Assembly: GCA_965218795.1 (NCBI GenBank)
Contig: OZ244653.1
Span: forward strand, 4,352,001-4,416,000
Reading direction: 5' to 3'
Source of the DNA: a bacterium
GTDB lineage: Bacteria > UBA8248 > JACPRG01 > G963555815
Length of the DNA stretch: 64,000 bases
Shown: positions 62,203 to 64,000 of the stretch, in pieces
Position numbering within the stretch: position 1 is the stretch's first letter
How the letters are laid out: every line of letters begins with the position of its first letter
Translations under genes and position numbers: made by a program
The notes under the pieces: model-generated
Database searches by the model: none
Seen by the model: only the letters and a program-made list of their open reading frames with translations
Told to the model about the DNA's origin: nothing

Positions 62203-63366
62203 TTAGCCGTGAGGTAGAGGCTGGCGACCGATCACACCGGGCCCCACCCCAGCAGCCGCCGTCATCAGCTTCGTTTTCAGTCGCGGGCCGTTGTCTCCCA
62301 TTTCGAACTCCATAACGTCAGGAGACTTCTCGGACGGATACTCGCCGACGCACTTGTAAGGTGCCGCTCACGCCGTTCGCAATCTCTACATACTCGCGCT
62401 TCGCGCGGATGCAGGGGGGATCGTTATTATCGTCCCTGATCGGATTGCTGCTGGCGACAAGGGTCGCGCCCTCGCGAGCTTGAGAAAGAGCGTTACGCGC
62501 ATCCTCACAAATCTCAGCATCTTCGCCCTTGTCGCTCCAGCTATCGTAGGACAGGCTGCGCCACGAACAGTGATGTGGCGTCTGCAAAATATCGAATGAC
62601 AGCCAGTCGGCCCGTCGGTGGTGGCGCCGCCAGAGCTTCTCTCAAATCGCGACTTCCGCATCCCCGCCGGTCAAGAACCGGCAGCTGTCCACCGTCTGAT
62701 CGCTGGCCAACGTAAACTGAAGGATCGTGCTGGACTGATTCTTGGAGAGCGTGTCTTCCTCGTCGTCGTCGCCTTTGGGGAGCGGTCCCAGCAGCCGTGC
62801 CGTCATCGACTGGTCGTCCCGGCCGTTGACGCGCGAGAAGGTCTCGTCCACGCGAATGAGTATGGCACCCAGGTCATCGGTTTTGCCGTTCTCGTCTTCT
62901 CCGAGGATGAGGATACGGTCACCATCGCCAACCACTCCCCCGGTATCGCGAAACTTCTGAACCCGGCGACGGGCCTCGGTGTTGAATGCCTTTGCATCAT
63001 CGCAGAGAACGTGGTTGCGCGACGCACGCCGAAACACCATTGGCGAGGACCACACCTCGCGAACGAAGATTTTGTTTGCCTTCTCGGACCATTCGTCAGG
63101 CGGCCCGAGGTGAAAATGATTCCGAAGCCCGGTGCAGTGGTCCTTGTCGGGATGGCTGAGGAGCAGAACGCGTCCACATAGAGTCGCCCCTCGGAGTCGC
63201 GCTCGAGCCGTTCTCGGAGAGCGGTGGCCACATCGGGCGCGTCTTCGTCGGAATCGTCAGCGGAACTCCGAATATTGAGATCGATCAGGATGTTGCGGCC
63301 GTTTTCGGTCTTGACGAGCGTCATGTCGCCGTTGCCAACCGGGAAAAATGACAGAGTGCCAGTCAT
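62203..63366 (-). pseudogene. Metallo-beta-lactamase-fold hydrolase with three lesions
   Basis: FFPVGNGD, SHPDKDHC, LTGGDAE, PHHCS; frameshifts near 63167 and 62358, TGA at 62642-62644; reconstructed end ..QPLPHG-stop. Confidence 0.85.
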
Positions 63367-63537
63367 AGTATGGAATCTCCAAGATTCAAGTTGATTTCAT
63401 CTACCTCGTCTCTATTTATGTTCGATATTCACACTGTAAAGGCAATAATTTGACATATAATGTGTGATCGGTCATAGTCAGATGTATTTAGGCACGGGGG
63501 AAAAGGCCCTCTGTCAGAGATCAAGGAGATATCAGTC

Positions 63538-64000
63538 ATGGACCCGACCAAGCTTGGACGTCGACTACGATTAGCCCGCGAAGCCCGGGGGCTCAGCCAG
63601 CAGGCGGCGGCCAATGCAATCAGTGCGCCACGGACTGCAATCACTCAGATGGAGGCAGGAAACCGTTCCGTCTCGACGCTGGAGCTGACGCAGCTCGTCG
63701 AACTCTATCGCCGCCCCGTGACTTACTTTCTTGAAGAGGCCGTTCATGCGGAGGAAGAGGACGTTCTTGTTGCTTTGCATCGGGTGGCCCCTGGCCTGGA
63801 ACGGGACCCAGGTGTCCGCGAACAAGTGGACCGATGCCTCAGTCTATGTCGCGAAGGCGTAACTCTGGCAACCGTCTTGGGTCTGAGCCCTCGATCCGGA
63901 CCCCCGGCGTATGAGATGCGCATTCCTCGCACGGCGGGTGAGGCAATCACCCAAGGAGAGCAGGTGGCCCATGATGAAAGACACCGCCTCAGCATTGGAG
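63538..64000 (+). CDS. XRE-family HTH protein, probably fused to an ImmA/IrrE peptidase; runs off the window
   Basis: LGRRLRLARE.RGLSQ..AA..RTAITQME.G.R.VS..EL; GE.VA..ER.RL.IG linker; HEXXH not within the window. Confidence 0.75.
   Translation, partial: MDPTKLGRRLRLAREARGLSQQAAANAISAPRTAITQMEAGNRSVSTLELTQLVELYRRPVTYFLEEAVHAEEEDVLVALHRVAPGLERDPGVREQVDRCLSLCREGVTLATVLGLSPRSGPPAYEMRIPRTAGEAITQGEQVAHDERHRLSIG

Noticed and set aside
63160-63175. Programmed frameshifting in the MBL, higA or IS110 genes
   Set aside because: No slippery sequence at the breaks and multiple lesions in some genes; decay or sequencing error is more likely

Overview
GC-rich bacterial chromosome segment. A short intact housekeeping block (lspA-ileS-trpS-site-2 protease-DHH/CBS tRNA nucleotidyltransferase, 0.8-8.6 kb) and an nfeD-slipin pair are followed by a mosaic. 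Intact N-heterocycle uptake/catabolism genes (three amidohydrolases, a BMP-type ABC transporter, a xanthine dehydrogenase-family Mo subunit, an M24 peptidase, an NMT1/THI5 binding protein) alternate with eroded mobile DNA. The mobile DNA includes opposite-strand relics of an ICE-like backbone (DUF2493, DUF4326, toprim, ssb), IS3, IS1380, IS1595 and IS110 elements, integrase fragments, a Mu-like portal relic and REP-like palindromes. The clearest signal is an IS110/IS1111-type element (57324-58695) inserted into the RYGYRR codons of an IS3 transposase: its 3' non-coding end carries exact matches to both strands of that target and matches to its own circle junction, i.e. a readable bridge/seek RNA. 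Candidate defence loci are a decaying MBL + E2-E1-JAB + membrane protein operon with a divergent XRE regulator, a DGQHR + GIY-YIG pair, a UDG-like protein and a PD-(D/E)XK nuclease. No rRNA, tRNA or CRISPR array was recognised. Family calls come from motif recognition by eye; no searches were run.
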